Of a DNA stretch of 64,000 bases, positions 20,001 through 30,165 are shown piece after piece. The translations under genes were made by a program, and so were the position numbers. Numbering within the stretch: position 1 is the first letter of the stretch; every line of letters begins with the position of its first letter. The stretch comes from Promethearchaeota archaeon Loki_b31 (GTDB taxonomy: Archaea > Asgardarchaeota > Lokiarchaeia > Sigyniarchaeales > SOKP01), in assembly GCA_005222975.1 (NCBI GenBank), contig NJBI01000004.1:1-64000 (forward strand), read 5' to 3'. The notes beneath the pieces are model-generated. The model saw only the letters and a program-made list of their open reading frames with translations. It was not told where the DNA came from and ran no database searches.

Positions 20001-21485
20001 ATGTCGGAAACTAAATTGTATGATATAGCGGTTATTGGATCGGGACCTGGTGGCTATCATTCTGCCATTAGAGCAGCTCAATATGGTGCAAAGGTCGCCT
20101 TAATTGAGAAAAAGAATCTTGGAGGGACTTGTTTAAATGTGGGTTGTATCCCTACTAAAGCTTTATATGCATCTGCAGAACTTATACAACGAATAAGAGA
20201 AAATGGAGAAGAACTTGGAGTAAGTTGTGATATAAAGTTAGATTTTGGCAAAGCTGTAGAGCGTAAAAATAAAATTGTTTCAGAATTAACTGGGGGAATA
20301 GCTGCATTAGAAAAGGCGTGGAAGAACGATGTTTTTATGGGGCATGGAAAAATATTAGGTGGAAATGCTAACGAAGGTTTTGAAATCTCAATAGAAGGAG
20401 AAGAAAAAAAAATTATTAAAGCAAAAAGAGTTATAATCGCTACAGGCTCCTCTCCTGCACTGATTCCCGCGTTTAATATTGATCACGATAGAATTTTAAC
20501 TAGCGACGATATTTTAAGTCCCAATTTCAAAATTGTTCCAAAAAGATTGCTTATTATTGGAGCTGGAGTAATAGGATGCGAATTTGCTAATATATTTTCT
20601 GCTTTTGGAAGTAAGGTTATCATGTTAGAATATCTTCCCTCTCCGATCGCAACAGAAGAGCCAATGATCGTGAAAGAGCTACAAAAGAAATTGATTTCTT
20701 TAGGAATCGAAATTCAGGTCTCTCAAAATGTCTTATCGGTTGATAATACTGGAACAGGCGTGAAAGCAACAACTTGTTCAGCAGCTGTTCCTAGAGACCA
20801 AGTAGAATCTGCTGAAAAGTCTTACTTTGAAGCTGATTATTGCTTAGTATCTATTGGTCGAGCAAAAGAATCGGGCAACTTAGGATTAGAAGAACTTGGA
20901 ATCGAAACTGCTAGAGGATCAATAAAAGTAGATCTCAAAACTTTAGAGACTTCCGTAAAAGGGATCTATGCCATTGGTGACGTGACAGGCGGACTTATGC
21001 TTGCCCATGTTGCTAGTCACGAAGGGGATGTTGCCGTTGCAAACACTTTAGCTAGCTTAGGTGGGTTTCCTGTTGAAGAAAGAACCACAGATTATAGGGT
21101 TGTTCCAGCAACCATTTTTACAAGCCCAAATATTGGTTCAGTCGGTATACGTAGAAAGCAAGCTAAGGATTTGGGATACACGTTAATGATGGGGAGATTC
21201 CCGTATATGTCGCTAGGAAAAGCGAAGTGTATGGGTGAAGAAGGAGGCTTTATTTTAATTTTGGCGGATAAACAAACACATAAAATTATTGGAGCATCTT
21301 GTATTGGAACTGAAGCACCAGAATTGATTTCAGAAATCGCTTTAGCCATGCAACATGGTTTAACAGTTCACGATGTCGCAGAAACAATACATTCACACCC
21401 AACCATCAGCGAGATGGTTTTAGAAGGAATGGAAGATGTTTTTGGTTTGGCAATACACAAAAAGGGTCGACCAGTTCATCATTAA
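20001..21485 (+). CDS. lpdA: Dihydrolipoamide dehydrogenase
   Basis: GSGPGGY, GGTCLNVGCIPTK, GAGVIGCE, HSHPTISE; likely start ATG 20001. Confidence 0.95.
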   Translation: MSETKLYDIAVIGSGPGGYHSAIRAAQYGAKVALIEKKNLGGTCLNVGCIPTKALYASAELIQRIRENGEELGVSCDIKLDFGKAVERKNKIVSELTGGIAALEKAWKNDVFMGHGKILGGNANEGFEISIEGEEKKIIKAKRVIIATGSSPALIPAFNIDHDRILTSDDILSPNFKIVPKRLLIIGAGVIGCEFANIFSAFGSKVIMLEYLPSPIATEEPMIVKELQKKLISLGIEIQVSQNVLSVDNTGTGVKATTCSAAVPRDQVESAEKSYFEADYCLVSIGRAKESGNLGLEELGIETARGSIKVDLKTLETSVKGIYAIGDVTGGLMLAHVASHEGDVAVANTLASLGGFPVEERTTDYRVVPATIFTSPNIGSVGIRRKQAKDLGYTLMMGRFPYMSLGKAKCMGEEGGFILILADKQTHKIIGASCIGTEAPELISEIALAMQHGLTVHDVAETIHSHPTISEMVLEGMEDVFGLAIHKKGRPVHH

Positions 21486-21584
21486 ACTTATATAAACCTT
21501 ATTCTATTTTCTTTCATTTTTCAATACTGAGTATTTTTTTAGAATTAGAATTATTAAATAATAAAGTGATTGCTAATTGGAGAT

Positions 21585-22220
21585 ATGTATAACATCCTGG
21601 TAACCGGAGTAGATAAACGAGAAGTTTCGCTTTTACGTAACATCTTAAAGGAGTATGGAGATAGAAGTATTTTAATTGAAAAGGCTGTTGGGTCAACCTT
21701 AGACGAATCAAAAAAGAAACAATCGAAGAAAGCGTTTGTTCGGTATCTTATTGATAGTAGGATATATTCCCTCGATCAGAATTATACTATAGAAGATCTT
21801 AATTCCTCGAAAATTCCTATAAGAGACGCACATTTAGTTTTAGGACTTGAACCCCTTGAAACCTTAAAAAATTTAAAATACATTTCAGAAAAAACTATGG
21901 TGATTTTAAATACTCATCAAATAGATTTAAAGCAAAGCATCCAGAATTCGAAAAAGAAAATCACATATCCTTCGATTGCTCAAATTATTGATATTTTAGA
22001 TCAATTGGCTAGAAAGGTATTTGCGCTCGATTTCAACGAGCTCTCAATTAATTACTTTGACTCCCCAAATTACAGCACTATAATAGCATTAGGAGTGGGG
22101 GTAAAAGAATTTCGAGACATATTTTATGAAAAGCTAATGTTAACGATTTTAAGAGAATTTCATGAAGACCCTTCAAGATATATACGCGCATTTGAATTAG
22201 GAACTAGCTTAATTGATTAA
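21585..22220 (+). CDS. Degenerate indolepyruvate oxidoreductase beta (IorB/POR-gamma)-like protein
   Basis: YNILVTGV..., AHLVLGLEPLETLK, IIALG, RAFELG; glycine-rich GVGGQG replaced by GVDKRE. Confidence 0.7.
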   Translation: MYNILVTGVDKREVSLLRNILKEYGDRSILIEKAVGSTLDESKKKQSKKAFVRYLIDSRIYSLDQNYTIEDLNSSKIPIRDAHLVLGLEPLETLKNLKYISEKTMVILNTHQIDLKQSIQNSKKKITYPSIAQIIDILDQLARKVFALDFNELSINYFDSPNYSTIIALGVGVKEFRDIFYEKLMLTILREFHEDPSRYIRAFELGTSLID

Positions 22221-22240
22221 CTTCTCTTTATTAAATTCAA

Positions 22241-24382
22241 TCAAAGTTGTTTAAATTGACGTTTTAAGTACTTAACTTTAAAAGAAGCGAGTCTCCCATT
22301 TTTAATAACGATCTCTCGAAAAGCGCTTTCTGATTTAGGGTTTTTATAGCTCCCTAAGCCCAGTGCAGGTGTTTGAACGACAAAAGGAGCGTTATTTTCA
22401 ATATCTTCTGGATTATTATATTGTTCAGAATAAATATCATAATATATCGCCGCAGGATTTTCTAATTTTTTTAAAATAAAAGGCGATGTGTGTGTGTCGC
22501 CGACTTTAGTCTTTAAATCTTGTGGGTCGCTCAATCTAAATTCTTTTAATTGGTGCGTATGTCCTGAAAGCGTAAGAATACAGAAATCTAAACAAAATTT
22601 AAGAAGTTTCTCCCAGTTTGTTGAGATTGCGCCATATTGCACGTCAAATTTGTTATCAATTCGAGCTAAGGAAAGTTTTTTACCTAACTTTTGAATTAAG
22701 GATTCTTTAAATTCATCGATTTTCGTTATTAATTCTTTTGATGGTTTTGACATTGCATACCGTTTAAGTGCGCTAATCTTTTTTTTTGGATTAATTGGTG
22801 GTCCATGAAGCATAAGGTAAGTATTGTTTTCTGGTTCTATCTTATGATTAATTATATTTTCTAAATATTTAATATGCTTTTCTGAGATTCCAGTAACCGA
22901 TGGATGACCACTGAGAAAATCCATTAATTTTTTAAAAGAATCTGAGCCAGTATTTAAGAAAATAAAATTATTATTTCCTAACTTGATATAATAATCTAAT
23001 GAAGAGTTAATTTCTATCAAATATGCTTTCAAAGCGCTGAAGGTCTTAGTTATTGAACTAATTGGGTTTGCCATTAGCTCTTCGTTCAAAGCGATTACTT
23101 CGCTTTGTAATAAACCTATTTTTCTATATAAATTACCCCACCGAAGGTCGTAGTGAAAAGGTCGATAATCGTGGTTTCCGGGAATAGTAAATATAGGACA
23201 AAGTATTTCTTCTCCAGAAACCATCCCTCTTCTTTTCTCTTGAGGAAAATTTAGCAAGATCTCTTTGAATATGCGCCAATTACTATCCTTATAGTTAAAA
23301 TCTAGTGTTTTTCTTTTTGCCTGGGGTATTTTGGAGAGAATCGCAAAATCTATTAAATCTCCTGTCAATACGACAAAATCTAAATCGTTCTTATTTACTT
23401 TCTTGTTAACGAGCTTAATGAACTTTCTAAAGTTATTGTTAGGGTTTACAAATCGTTTACGAAGTGGTTCAGTACTTTTAATTGGAATTTTATCTTTTGG
23501 TTTTTTTATTAGTAAACGTTGAAAAAATGAAACTGCCTTCGCACCTTGGGCAAGAAGTTCGCCAAGATCTGATTTTCTCACTAAAACATTCCATTTCTTA
23601 ACGATTTCATAAATTCTATCGTTCCGTTCTGCCAAGTGTAAATCTGTCGCGTGAAAGAATTTAAAATCGCTCCATTTATTTTTTGAAACGACGATTGAAT
23701 GATAAGAAACGCGAATTTCCTTATTGGGCATTTCTTGCCAAAGATCAAACATTACAAAATTAAAACTCTCTAAAAATTCCAATACTTCTTTCGATAACTT
23801 GAAATGAATTGTCGCCTTGTAAAATTCATCTAAACCCGAATAAATATTATATTTAATTAAGTAATTTCGAGGACTATAATAACTGTCATATTTAATGTTA
23901 TCAATTTCGCAAGTTTTTACGGGTTCTACCTTTAAAAGAGTCCCTTTTATTAAATCCCCTCTAAATGCTCGCGGCCTTAATGCTTCGATTTTTTCGGCTT
24001 GCACAATATCAAACTTTTTTCCCGTAGAATCTGTAAGCTCCAAAACGGGTGGTAATTCTTCTTCCTTCTTTTTTTTCCGAGTAAATATGCTTTTAATTTT
24101 ATCCCAAATTCTTCTTTTCTTTTTTCTTTCCAATCGTTCTTCTTTCTCTTTTTCGAAATGTGCTTTCAATTTCCACTTGTATTCAAGAATGGGGATAAAG
24201 TTTAACCCATGCTTAATGAACCTCTCGAAATTATCGGTATTTTTTATATTGCTCACAAATAATAAGTTAACTTCAAATTCCTTTTGCTTGAATTTACGAT
24301 CTATATCTAAAAACAGAGGGTGTCCCAAATTTGGGCTTATCAATAATGTCTTTTCGGGTTTAATACTCTCAGCTTCAATCAA
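22241..24382 (-). CDS. Calcineurin-like metallophosphoesterase
   Basis: TDLH, TGDLID, PGNHDY, LHGP, SGHTH. Confidence 0.88.
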   Translation of the reverse strand: MIEAESIKPEKTLLISPNLGHPLFLDIDRKFKQKEFEVNLLFVSNIKNTDNFERFIKHGLNFIPILEYKWKLKAHFEKEKEERLERKKKRRIWDKIKSIFTRKKKKEEELPPVLELTDSTGKKFDIVQAEKIEALRPRAFRGDLIKGTLLKVEPVKTCEIDNIKYDSYYSPRNYLIKYNIYSGLDEFYKATIHFKLSKEVLEFLESFNFVMFDLWQEMPNKEIRVSYHSIVVSKNKWSDFKFFHATDLHLAERNDRIYEIVKKWNVLVRKSDLGELLAQGAKAVSFFQRLLIKKPKDKIPIKSTEPLRKRFVNPNNNFRKFIKLVNKKVNKNDLDFVVLTGDLIDFAILSKIPQAKRKTLDFNYKDSNWRIFKEILLNFPQEKRRGMVSGEEILCPIFTIPGNHDYRPFHYDLRWGNLYRKIGLLQSEVIALNEELMANPISSITKTFSALKAYLIEINSSLDYYIKLGNNNFIFLNTGSDSFKKLMDFLSGHPSVTGISEKHIKYLENIINHKIEPENNTYLMLHGPPINPKKKISALKRYAMSKPSKELITKIDEFKESLIQKLGKKLSLARIDNKFDVQYGAISTNWEKLLKFCLDFCILTLSGHTHQLKEFRLSDPQDLKTKVGDTHTSPFILKKLENPAAIYYDIYSEQYNNPEDIENNAPFVVQTPALGLGSYKNPKSESAFREIVIKNGRLASFKVKYLKRQFKQL

Positions 24383-24546
24383 TTTTTAAAGACCTCTCTT
24401 AAAATTGCTTTTTAATTTAAAAATCAAATTTCAATTCCTATCTATTTACTAAAGAATTGCGATCTAATAAGTTTTTATTTGATCTAAATGAGATTTAATA
24501 TCATGAAAGGATTTCCAAGAACGTGAAGATTTATTTTAGAGAGTTT

Positions 24547-24843
24547 TTAACCGTCTGGGTTGGCGAGATTGACGAATATTACATTATCACCACGTACAAC
24601 GATGTCTCCAAGCGTTTCGTGCTCCTCGTGGAGAGAACCATCCTCATCTATGTATTCAAAAAGCTGAGTTGTTCCTTCTAGATACAGGTTAAGATGTTCG
24701 TCAAATCCTGCCAATTTACCTCGAAATAAACGATTCCTCTTAACTTTAATTAATATGATCTTATTCACAGAATTCTTTAAATAATCAATAGGTCTTTGTG
24801 GCCTATTTTGTGGGTAATTTCTTCTTTCCATTTTATATAACAC
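24547..24843 (-). CDS. Sm/Lsm RNA-binding protein
   Basis: RPIDYLKNSVNK...GKLAGFDEHLNLYL (Sm1), VVRGDNV (Sm2). Confidence 0.93.
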   Translation of the reverse strand: MLYKMERRNYPQNRPQRPIDYLKNSVNKIILIKVKRNRLFRGKLAGFDEHLNLYLEGTTQLFEYIDEDGSLHEEHETLGDIVVRGDNVIFVNLANPDG

Positions 24844-24972
24844 TAAAAATAATATTTCAAAAAAATCTATACTAATAATAATTAAAATTAAAGTTCAGAA
24901 TTAAAACCTTTTGATTTATTTATTCATCGTAATGTGGATATAAATATCCCACTATTATCTCTAATTTTTTAT

Positions 24973-25929
24973 TTATAGTTTTTCTTTAAAGGAAAAGTTA
25001 TTAATGTTTTCTTGTAGTTTCAAATAGCTTTCTTCCACTAAATCTATCATTAATGCATTCTCCTTTTCAAAGATTTCATCAAAAAATTGTTCAAAATTTA
25101 TTGAATGAATTAAGGAATGGCAATTTTTGCACAAACAAATACAATCTTCATTCTTTAAAATAGTAATTATATTATTTATAGGAAGTTTAGATAGAACTTC
25201 CCATTTAAATTCTTTTATCTTTGGGTTTCGATGATGAAACTCTAAAGCAGGTAACTTGTCATTAATTCTTATGTTTCGACAACCAATGCAAGCACCATTA
25301 TATAAGATTTCAATAATTATCCTCTTTTTGATCCATTTCTTAATTCTATATTTAATTCTTGCTCTATGTTGAGCTCCTTTAAGACATTCAGATCGATATT
25401 TAATATTACTTTTGATCTCTTCATAAACTATGGTATCAATTTCTCCAACATTATTAATTGATAATATCTCTGATAGGATAATCTCCTTAAATTTATCATA
25501 ATTAGTCATTTCTTCACAACTATGACAGTTTCTACATAAAACTTGAAGATTCTCGTTTTTAATAATTCTAATTATCTCATCTATATTTCTCCCTCTTAAG
25601 TCTCTCCATGAATACTTTTTGGAGTACGGATTCAAGTGATGAAATTCCAACGCAGGTAAAATTTGAAGGCCACTATGGCAATTGTGACATCTTTTATCAA
25701 ATAGTAAGGTAATTATTTTAATTTGTTTCTTAAAGTTATTAATTGCATGCATTTTTTGTCTGCAATCTTCGCAAATGGACCTCAAACGCCCTTGTCTTTT
25801 TCTAAAATATTCATGAGACTTGATCTCATGACATTTTCCACATTCCTTTCTTTCTCCATCATTGTAAAGTTTATTTCTTCTTGGATTCTTATTCTTTATG
25901 GTCACATTTTTAAGAAAAATAAAAACCAA
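24973..25929 (-). CDS. Tandem HNH-type (His-Cys) endonuclease-like protein
   Basis: N-terminal CxxC...CxxC, then two copies of CxxC...ALEFHH...LCxNCH. Confidence 0.75.
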   Translation of the reverse strand: MVFIFLKNVTIKNKNPRRNKLYNDGERKECGKCHEIKSHEYFRKRQGRLRSICEDCRQKMHAINNFKKQIKIITLLFDKRCHNCHSGLQILPALEFHHLNPYSKKYSWRDLRGRNIDEIIRIIKNENLQVLCRNCHSCEEMTNYDKFKEIILSEILSINNVGEIDTIVYEEIKSNIKYRSECLKGAQHRARIKYRIKKWIKKRIIIEILYNGACIGCRNIRINDKLPALEFHHRNPKIKEFKWEVLSKLPINNIITILKNEDCICLCKNCHSLIHSINFEQFFDEIFEKENALMIDLVEESYLKLQENINNFSFKEKL

Positions 25930-26024
25930 AATAATAACATGGTCCTAGATGGATTTTTAAAATATGATTTATTAAGAATCAAAAAACATATATGGAATAT
26001 ATTCCTAGAATCTTTTATATATAA

Positions 26025-26147
26025 AGGCTCGTGGCGAAGCATGGATATCGCAGCTGCCTCCTACATAATGTGCATGGAGAAAGCAGAAGATCGGGGGTTC
26101 AATATAATATGCGCTTCGCGTTTCTTGAACATATCCCCTCGGGCCTG
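26025..26147 (+). tRNA. tRNA-Arg(CCU) with two BHB introns (26064-26081 at 37/38; 26103-26132 at 58/59)
   Basis: Acceptor AGGCTCG/CGGGCCT, D-stem GCGA/TCGC, anticodon CCT, T-arm GGGGG-TTCAA^AT-CCCCT, discriminator G; central helices CUCC/GGAG and GUUC/GAAC. Confidence 0.93.
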
Positions 26148-26282
26148 CTTTTTTATTTTTTAAATATTTAATGACAAATCAAACCACAAATCGTTAACTA
26201 CGATATTACTTTATTTACATAACGTAAATTTATATAATCACTATTCACAATTATAAATTGCCTAAAAATTAAGGTGAAATTT

Positions 26283-28019
26283 ATGCCAAAAAGAATATTA
26301 AGAGTAAATATGAATAAACTTGAAGCCAAATTTGAGGATTTTCCTCAAGATTACATGGCTCTTGGAGGTCGTTCGCTTACTTCGACGATTGTAGCAAACG
26401 AGGTACCCCCTCTTTGCCATCCTTTGGGTCCAAACAATAAACTTGTATTTGCACCCGGTATTGTTACGGGAACTTCAGCGCCTACATCAGGAAGATTATC
26501 AGTAGGGGCAAAATCACCCTTAACGGGAGGAATTAAGGAAGCAAACGCAGGTACAACTTTCGCTCAGAGGTTAGCTCGATTACAAATCGCTGCAATAATA
26601 GTAGAAGGAAAGCACGAAGGAAGCGACTATTACCTTCTAAAAATAACTAACGATGGCATTGAATTTATAAATGCAAATAAGTGGTCTGGAAAAGGACTTT
26701 ATCAAGTCTATAAAGACCTTTATAAGGAATTTGGAGCCAAAGTAAGTATCAGTAGTTGTGGAATCGCTGCAGAAATGTTAGGTACGGCTTCTGGGGTTTG
26801 TTTTAACGATCCTGAAGGTTTACCTAGTAGATACGCGGGAAGAGGCGGACTTGGAGCCGTTATGGCGTCAAAAGGATTGAAGTTTATAGTTGTTGACGAT
26901 GCTGGAGCACCAGGTGTTGAAATTAAAAACCCTGAAGTTTTCAAACAAGGGGCGAAAAAGTTAATGGACGCACTTACTTCTCACGATGTGACAAAACCTG
27001 GAGGTGCGCTAAATACTTATGGTACGGGTGTTTTAATTAATATCATTAACGAGGCAGGAGGGTTGCCCCAGAAAAACTTCTCATCTGGTCAAGACGATAG
27101 ATCTGAAAACATTTCAGGTGAGAAAAAGGCGGAAGAAATAAAAAAGAGAGGCGGCGTTCGTCCTCATTTCTGTAGTCCAGGTTGCGTTATTCAATGCTCT
27201 GAAGTGTGGACAAAAACGGGCGGTAAAGATCCAGTTGGCGTTTTAGAATACGAATCTGTCTGGGCTTTAGGAGCAAATTGTAGCATTTACAACTTAGACG
27301 ATGTTGGTGAGCTAAATCGTGCGTGTAACGACTTAGGACTTGACACGATTGAAATGGGGGCCACAATTGCCGTAGCGATGGAAGGTGGATTAGTCAAATT
27401 TGGAGACGCAAAGGGAGCGTTAAAGCTCATGGAAGAAATTAGAAAGAAGACTCCGACTGGAAGGATATTAGCAAATGGTACGGGATTTACTGGAAAAGCT
27501 ATGGGCGTAACAAGAGTCCCAGTAGTAAAAAACCAAGCGCTACCGGCTTACGATCCTAGAGCAATTAAAGGTATTGGTGTAACATATGCAACAACTCCAA
27601 TGGGAGCAGACCACACGGCAGGGTACGCCATAGCAACCGAAATTATGGGAGTAGGCGGTACCGCAGATCCTAGAGACCCTAAAAAAGCGGAATTATCGCG
27701 GAATTTACAGTTAGCAACTGCAGTAATTGATGCTACGGGTTATTGTCTATTTACCGCTTTTGCCGTATTAGATATCCCCGAAGGTTTAGAAGGAATGGTA
27801 GAATCCGTAAATGGAGTATTGGGAATTAATTTAACTGTTAACGACATCGCGGGAGTAGGAAAGTCAATAATTGATACAGAACTAAAGTTCAATAAGGCAG
27901 CAGGATTTACTAGCGCAGACGATAGATTGCCTGAATTCTTCCTAAAAGAACCACTGCCACCACACAATGAAGTGTTCGATGTACCAGATGACGAGTTAGA
28001 TAGCGTCTTTGAATCTTAA
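26283..28019 (+). CDS. aor: Tungsten-dependent aldehyde:ferredoxin oxidoreductase family
   Basis: GAKSPLTGGIKE, AGRGGLGAVM, CSPGCVIQC, EYES, GLDTIE, YDPR. Confidence 0.92.
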   Translation: MPKRILRVNMNKLEAKFEDFPQDYMALGGRSLTSTIVANEVPPLCHPLGPNNKLVFAPGIVTGTSAPTSGRLSVGAKSPLTGGIKEANAGTTFAQRLARLQIAAIIVEGKHEGSDYYLLKITNDGIEFINANKWSGKGLYQVYKDLYKEFGAKVSISSCGIAAEMLGTASGVCFNDPEGLPSRYAGRGGLGAVMASKGLKFIVVDDAGAPGVEIKNPEVFKQGAKKLMDALTSHDVTKPGGALNTYGTGVLINIINEAGGLPQKNFSSGQDDRSENISGEKKAEEIKKRGGVRPHFCSPGCVIQCSEVWTKTGGKDPVGVLEYESVWALGANCSIYNLDDVGELNRACNDLGLDTIEMGATIAVAMEGGLVKFGDAKGALKLMEEIRKKTPTGRILANGTGFTGKAMGVTRVPVVKNQALPAYDPRAIKGIGVTYATTPMGADHTAGYAIATEIMGVGGTADPRDPKKAELSRNLQLATAVIDATGYCLFTAFAVLDIPEGLEGMVESVNGVLGINLTVNDIAGVGKSIIDTELKFNKAAGFTSADDRLPEFFLKEPLPPHNEVFDVPDDELDSVFES

Positions 28020-28031
28020 ATACCTAAAAAG

Positions 28032-28316
28032 ATGACAATTTTAGTCAAACTATTCGGTGATTTAGCAAAGAAAATATCAAAACAAAAATCTCCAAAGAGC
28101 CCAACTAACATGGAAATAAGCACTGAAGGAATAGAGCGAGTTTCTGACATTCTAAAGAAGTTTTCAATCGAGGAAAGTGAAACCAGCCACATCTTTGTAA
28201 ATGGAGTGTACTCTGGATTTAACAAAAAAGTAAACGATGGCGATAGAGTTGGAATATTCGCTGGAAACCAAGCTTTATTGTATAAATGGTATTTTACACG
28301 AGCCGAAGATGACTAA
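28032..28316 (+). CDS. MoaD/ThiS-like beta-grasp protein lacking C-terminal Gly-Gly
   Basis: VKLFGDL...IFVNG...VNDGDRVGIF; directly follows aor. Confidence 0.8.
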   Translation: MTILVKLFGDLAKKISKQKSPKSPTNMEISTEGIERVSDILKKFSIEESETSHIFVNGVYSGFNKKVNDGDRVGIFAGNQALLYKWYFTRAEDD

Positions 28317-28488
28317 CAATCAATTCTGGATAGAAATATAATTGAAATTTATTTAAACTATTTCTTTTTTTTTTAATTTTCTTGAACTAAATTCGAATTC
28401 TCTATTTTGTATAATTTTATATTTTTTCATAATAATTAGATTTCCATACAATATCTAACTAAGACGCTCCTTTTTTAGAAAAATTTAG

Positions 28489-28920
28489 ATGCATTCTCAA
28501 ATTATATTAATTAAAAACACGAAGGGTGTAAAAATGTTAGAAGTGTATAATAATAAACATAAAAATATAGGATATATAGATGGAAAAAACTATTTTAATA
28601 AAAAAAAGAAAAAAATTGGGTTTTTAGAAGGAAACATGGTTAAAAACAAAAGGGGATTTCCTCTATTGAAACTTGATAAGAATGATAATATTTTAATTTT
28701 TGGAGATGAAAAGGTTGGATTTATTTTGGATTCTAAAATTAGTGATGATGATGGAACCATATGCGAAATTTCAAAAGAGAAAGGTGAACTTCTCGATCCT
28801 GAGGGGGAGGTTCTTTTATCTCTGGAAGGTAACTATGAAACATTAGAATTAATGGATTATTTCGGAATTGCTGGGACTTATCTTAAATCCAGATGGAGCG
28901 AGAAGGTATTTGGGCGTTAA
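28489..28920 (+). CDS. Hypothetical protein with short beta-repeats
   Basis: Repeated (K)IG(Y/F) motifs; true start probably at MLEV. Confidence 0.6.
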   Translation: MHSQIILIKNTKGVKMLEVYNNKHKNIGYIDGKNYFNKKKKKIGFLEGNMVKNKRGFPLLKLDKNDNILIFGDEKVGFILDSKISDDDGTICEISKEKGELLDPEGEVLLSLEGNYETLELMDYFGIAGTYLKSRWSEKVFGR

Positions 28921-28940
28921 GTTTTAATTTGTGCTTCACC

Positions 28941-29516
28941 CTAGTGAAGTAATTTTTGTTTTCTTAGTTTTAACAAATCTTCTTTTAGGAGCGAATACAC
29001 ATAATTATCCAAATATTCTCCGTTAACATACATATCTTTCTTAAATGTAGCTACGCGAGTAAAACCGTTTTTCTCTGCGCAACGCCACGACCCTTTATTA
29101 ACAACAAGTATAGAGGCTTTAAGTTTAAAAATGTTTAGTTCGTTAAATGCATATTCAACTAATAATCTTGTAGCTTCTTCTCCAATTTTTTGCCCCCAAT
29201 AATCGGGCTCTCCAATAAGCAACCCTAAATATGCTTGTTGGTTGTACCAGTTGATATCTGACACTTCTCCATAGCCAATTATCTTTTTATCTTTTTTATG
29301 CCAAATTTCGAAACTTACCTCATTTTTAAGTCTTTTATCCGAAGGCTCTAGGTATTTCTTCATTTCTTCTACAGTACGAGGTAAAATGTTCCGAGAGTAT
29401 ATTCGCACTTTTGGGTTATTTTCCCATTTTGCATACAATTTAATATTTTCAATATTTAATGGGACGAAATCTATAGTTTCTCCTTCGATAAAGGTAAAAA
29501 TATCTTGATTCTTCAT
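28941..29516 (-). CDS. GNAT N-acetyltransferase (RimJ/RimL-like)
   Basis: IGEPDYWGQKIG, NKGSWRCAEKNGF. Confidence 0.9.
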   Translation of the reverse strand: MKNQDIFTFIEGETIDFVPLNIENIKLYAKWENNPKVRIYSRNILPRTVEEMKKYLEPSDKRLKNEVSFEIWHKKDKKIIGYGEVSDINWYNQQAYLGLLIGEPDYWGQKIGEEATRLLVEYAFNELNIFKLKASILVVNKGSWRCAEKNGFTRVATFKKDMYVNGEYLDNYVYSLLKEDLLKLRKQKLLH

Positions 29517-29548
29517 AATTCTTAATGATATAAATGGTAAATATTATT

Positions 29549-30106
29549 TTATTCCTTTGATTTGAGCCAATCTTCTTTTAAATATCTATACATCCTCGCA
29601 TCGACATATTCTCCATCGATATATATCATCTTCTTCTCAGCGCCTTCTAACACAAAACCATCTTTTTCAGCCACACTCCACGAACCTATATTAGGTTCAA
29701 ATATTCCCGCGTAAATCTTATGAAAATTGAGCTCTCCAAATCCATAATCGATTAAAAGTTTCGATGCTTCGGTTCCTAAGTTTTTATTCCAATATTTAGG
29801 CTCGCCTATTGACATAAATGTATTGGCGTGTCTATTTATCCAATCAATATGTCCATATCCACAAGTTCCAATTGGCACTTTATCCTTTTTATGATAAATT
29901 TCAAAAGTTACAAATTCTTTTATCCCTTCCCTTGGTTCAAACCATTTTTTTGATTCTTCAACGGTAATTGGTATTGTATTACGAGCATATCTTCTTACGC
30001 GAGGGTCGTTTATCCATTTCGCATAAAGATTAACATGTTCTAAATTAATAGCAACCAAGTCAATATTTTCTCCTAAAATAAAGGGAAAAACTTCTGGTTT
30101 TTCCAT
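29549..30106 (-). CDS. GNAT N-acetyltransferase (RimJ/RimL-like)
   Basis: IGEPKYWNKNLG, NIGSWSVAEKDGF. Confidence 0.9.
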   Translation of the reverse strand: MEKPEVFPFILGENIDLVAINLEHVNLYAKWINDPRVRRYARNTIPITVEESKKWFEPREGIKEFVTFEIYHKKDKVPIGTCGYGHIDWINRHANTFMSIGEPKYWNKNLGTEASKLLIDYGFGELNFHKIYAGIFEPNIGSWSVAEKDGFVLEGAEKKMIYIDGEYVDARMYRYLKEDWLKSKE

Positions 30107-30165
30107 CTTCTATAACCTCATAAGTTTTCAGTTTAAATTATTCATTTGATTTTTTATAATATTAA

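Noticed and set aside
25723-26163. 146-aa plus-strand ORF in the track
   Set aside because: It overlaps the tRNA-Arg and the HNH gene and has no protein-like features; spurious.
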